This document shows, piece after piece, positions 62,020 through 64,000 of a DNA stretch of 64,000 bases. The DNA lies in contig CM052816.1 of NCBI GenBank assembly GCA_028534125.1, positions 30,506,001-30,570,000 on the forward strand. The letters are read 5' to 3'. The position numbers and the translations under genes were made by a program. The stretch is from Lama glama. Lineage: Eukaryota. Every line of letters begins with the position of its first letter. The first letter of the stretch is position 1. Below the pieces are notes generated by a model. That model ran no database searches. It worked only from the letters and a program-made list of their open reading frames with translations, and was not told the DNA's origin.

Positions 62020-62560
62020 ATAGGAGACCTGGAAAACAGACTCAGGCAAATCTTTTATATCAAAGAACAAAATTTCAATGATGAAAAATCTAAAAGAAAA
62101 GTTAAGACATATGAAGCAATACAAGAAATGTTAAGAAATACAAAAAAAATTTAATCTTCTTCTAATAGCTTTCCCATAAAGATAGAACAAAGAAAATTAA
62201 GGTGTGTGTGAGACTGGGAGAAGAAATCAAAGAAATAATAAAAATATTTCCTGTACCTTGAAAAAGTTTCATAACCTTGAAGACATCTACTGAACGCCTA
62301 GCACAATGAATGACAAAAATCCATATCAAGACATATCACAGTGACACTATAGAACATAAGGAGAAAAAAAGATACTAAAAACTTCTGAAAGGTAAAGATA
62401 TAGAACAAAGAATATAAAGACTTCATAATGGACAGAACATCTTTTATAAAATATTTAATTAGCAAAATATGCCAGAAGACAATGTAGCAGTACCTTCAAT
62501 ATTTGAGGAGAAATAAACTTGTATCTCTTCACCCTTAAGTCACTGAACAAGAGCAAGGGG
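62020..62560 (+). mobile_element. Very degraded L1/HAL1 ORF1-like fragment
   Basis: A-rich; cctagcacaatgaatgacaaaaatccatatcaagacatatcacagtgac; gccagaagacaatgtagcagtaccttcaa (ARRQW-like). Confidence 0.55.
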
Positions 62561-62959
62561 AAACAGTTGTAATTTTTAAACAATTTACCTCCTTTGAATC
62601 ACTTTTGAATTCTCAACTTCAGCAAAATTGAAAAAGATAATTTAAGTAAGAGTGTTTCAAGAGACTTAGAGAAGAAACAGTTAAACTAGATCAGAAATTA
62701 AATCCTAAGATTATTTTCATGCAAAAGTTCAAGGAAATAAATTTATGTTCAAAAAGAAAGTAGATTCCATTGTACAGAAACACAAATTTCTTTAATCAGA
62801 AGAAAACAACAAATAAGGAGAAACTCTTGGTAAACAAAAAACCTGTACAGTAAATTTATGGTCTAACCTTAAAGAGTTGATACAAATACACCATAGTGAG
62901 ATAGGAAGGCGGTTCTACGAATTATGAAGAATGCATAGTTGTATAAACCAACAGCACAT

Positions 62960-64000
62960 TCAATACACAAAGCTCTTACCTCACCGCCCAAAAGCTCCCT
63001 CATCCTATCCATTTTCAGTCAACGACTTTCCCACCCTTAATGTCTAGAGAACACTGGCTTATTCTTTTCTCTTAAAATGTTGCCTTTTCCCATTATGCTA
63101 AGTGAAATAAGTGAGACAGAGAGAGACAAATACTGTATGATCTCACTTATATGTGGAACCCAAAGAATTTTTAAATTCCAATAAACTTGTAGAAAAAGAG
63201 ATTAAACTTGTGGTTACTGGAGGCTGTGGGAAGGGGAGGGAGAATTGGAAGAAGGCAAAAAGTTTAAACCTCCAGCTATAAGATAAATAAGTACTAGGGC
63301 TGTGACGTATAGCATGATGACTAAAGGTAACCCTGCTGTGTGATGTATAGGAAAGTTGTATAGGTCCTAAGAGTTCTCATCCCAAGGAGTTTTTTTTTTT
63401 TCTCTTTTCCTTTCTATTCTATCTTTATGAAATGATGGATGTTAACAAAACCTATTGTGGTAATCATTTCACATGTAAGCATGTATATCAAATCATCATG
63501 CTGTACACCTTAACCTTATACAATACTGTATGCCAGTTAATTCTCAATAACACTGGAAAAGTGTTTTGCCTTTTCCTGAATGTTGCATACATTCAATCAT
63601 AGAGTATGCAACCTTTTGGGTCTGGCACCTTTCATGAAACATAATGTATCTGAGCTGTATGCACGTTATTGCATATGATGAGTTGGTTCTTTTCACTGCT
63701 CTATAGGATGGATATACCACACAATCTGCCTAGCTCACTAGCTGAAGGACTTTCTGGTTGTAAGTAATTCTGAATAAAGCTGCTATAAATATTTCCATAC
63801 AGGTTATCATGTGTACATGTATTTTATTTCCCAAATGATTAATGATGCTGAATACACTGTGTGCATTTGTATGAATTTGGTGAAGCGTCTGTTAAAATCT
63901 CTTGCCTGTTTTTATTGGGTGGTTTCCTTACTGTTGAGTTTTGAGAGTTCTTCGTGCCAGATACCATCTTGGTCACACCTGTGAGATACAAGTCTTCTCT
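62960..64000 (-). mobile_element. Old L1 (L1MB/MC-like) 3' region, host of a nested L1
   Basis: ttgccttttcctgaatgttgcat...gaataaagctgctataaatatt...actgttgagttttgagagttc. Confidence 0.75.
63091..63560 (+). mobile_element. L1MA9-like 3' end nested in the older L1
   Basis: cattatgctaagtgaaataag...tgtacaccttaaccttataca...ctcaataacactggaaaa; TSD core ttgccttttcc at 63080-63090 and 63566-63576. Confidence 0.85.

Noticed and set aside
1..64000. Remaining 60-130 aa ORFs in the track
   Set aside because: They overlap repeats or have low-complexity AT-driven composition, many use non-ATG starts, and none shows a recognisable domain.

Overview
AT-rich mammalian genomic DNA, intergenic or deep-intronic, with two assembly gaps (20652-20751 and 41361-41860). 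I recognise no intact host protein-coding gene, tRNA, rRNA or CRISPR array; most ORF-track entries are LINE-1 debris or chance ORFs. The window is dominated by transposable elements. Ancient ones include L2, MIR, CR1/L3, L1M-type, MaLR/ERV LTRs and hAT/Tigger DNA transposons. A younger L1 family has a 3' UTR that from memory resembles camelid L1s; I saw no Alu, Bov-tA, PRE-1 or SINEC. Species and subfamily names are recalled, not database results. I found no convincing new multi-gene system. The most notable structures are: (1) a two-L1 composite under a single target-site duplication (candidate 3' transduction); (2) a ~235-bp polyadenylated non-repeat retrocopy inside an L1; (3) a four-layer L1 nest containing an inverted, tail-less ORF2 piece; (4) a clean twin-priming L1 inversion; (5) two divergent MER41-like LTRs, one retaining a GAS-like motif; (6) a CR1-derived 58-nt exon candidate; (7) a 327-bp pure-purine tract inside a (CTACTCTC)n array next to a gap-truncated L1 with an intact 5' end.
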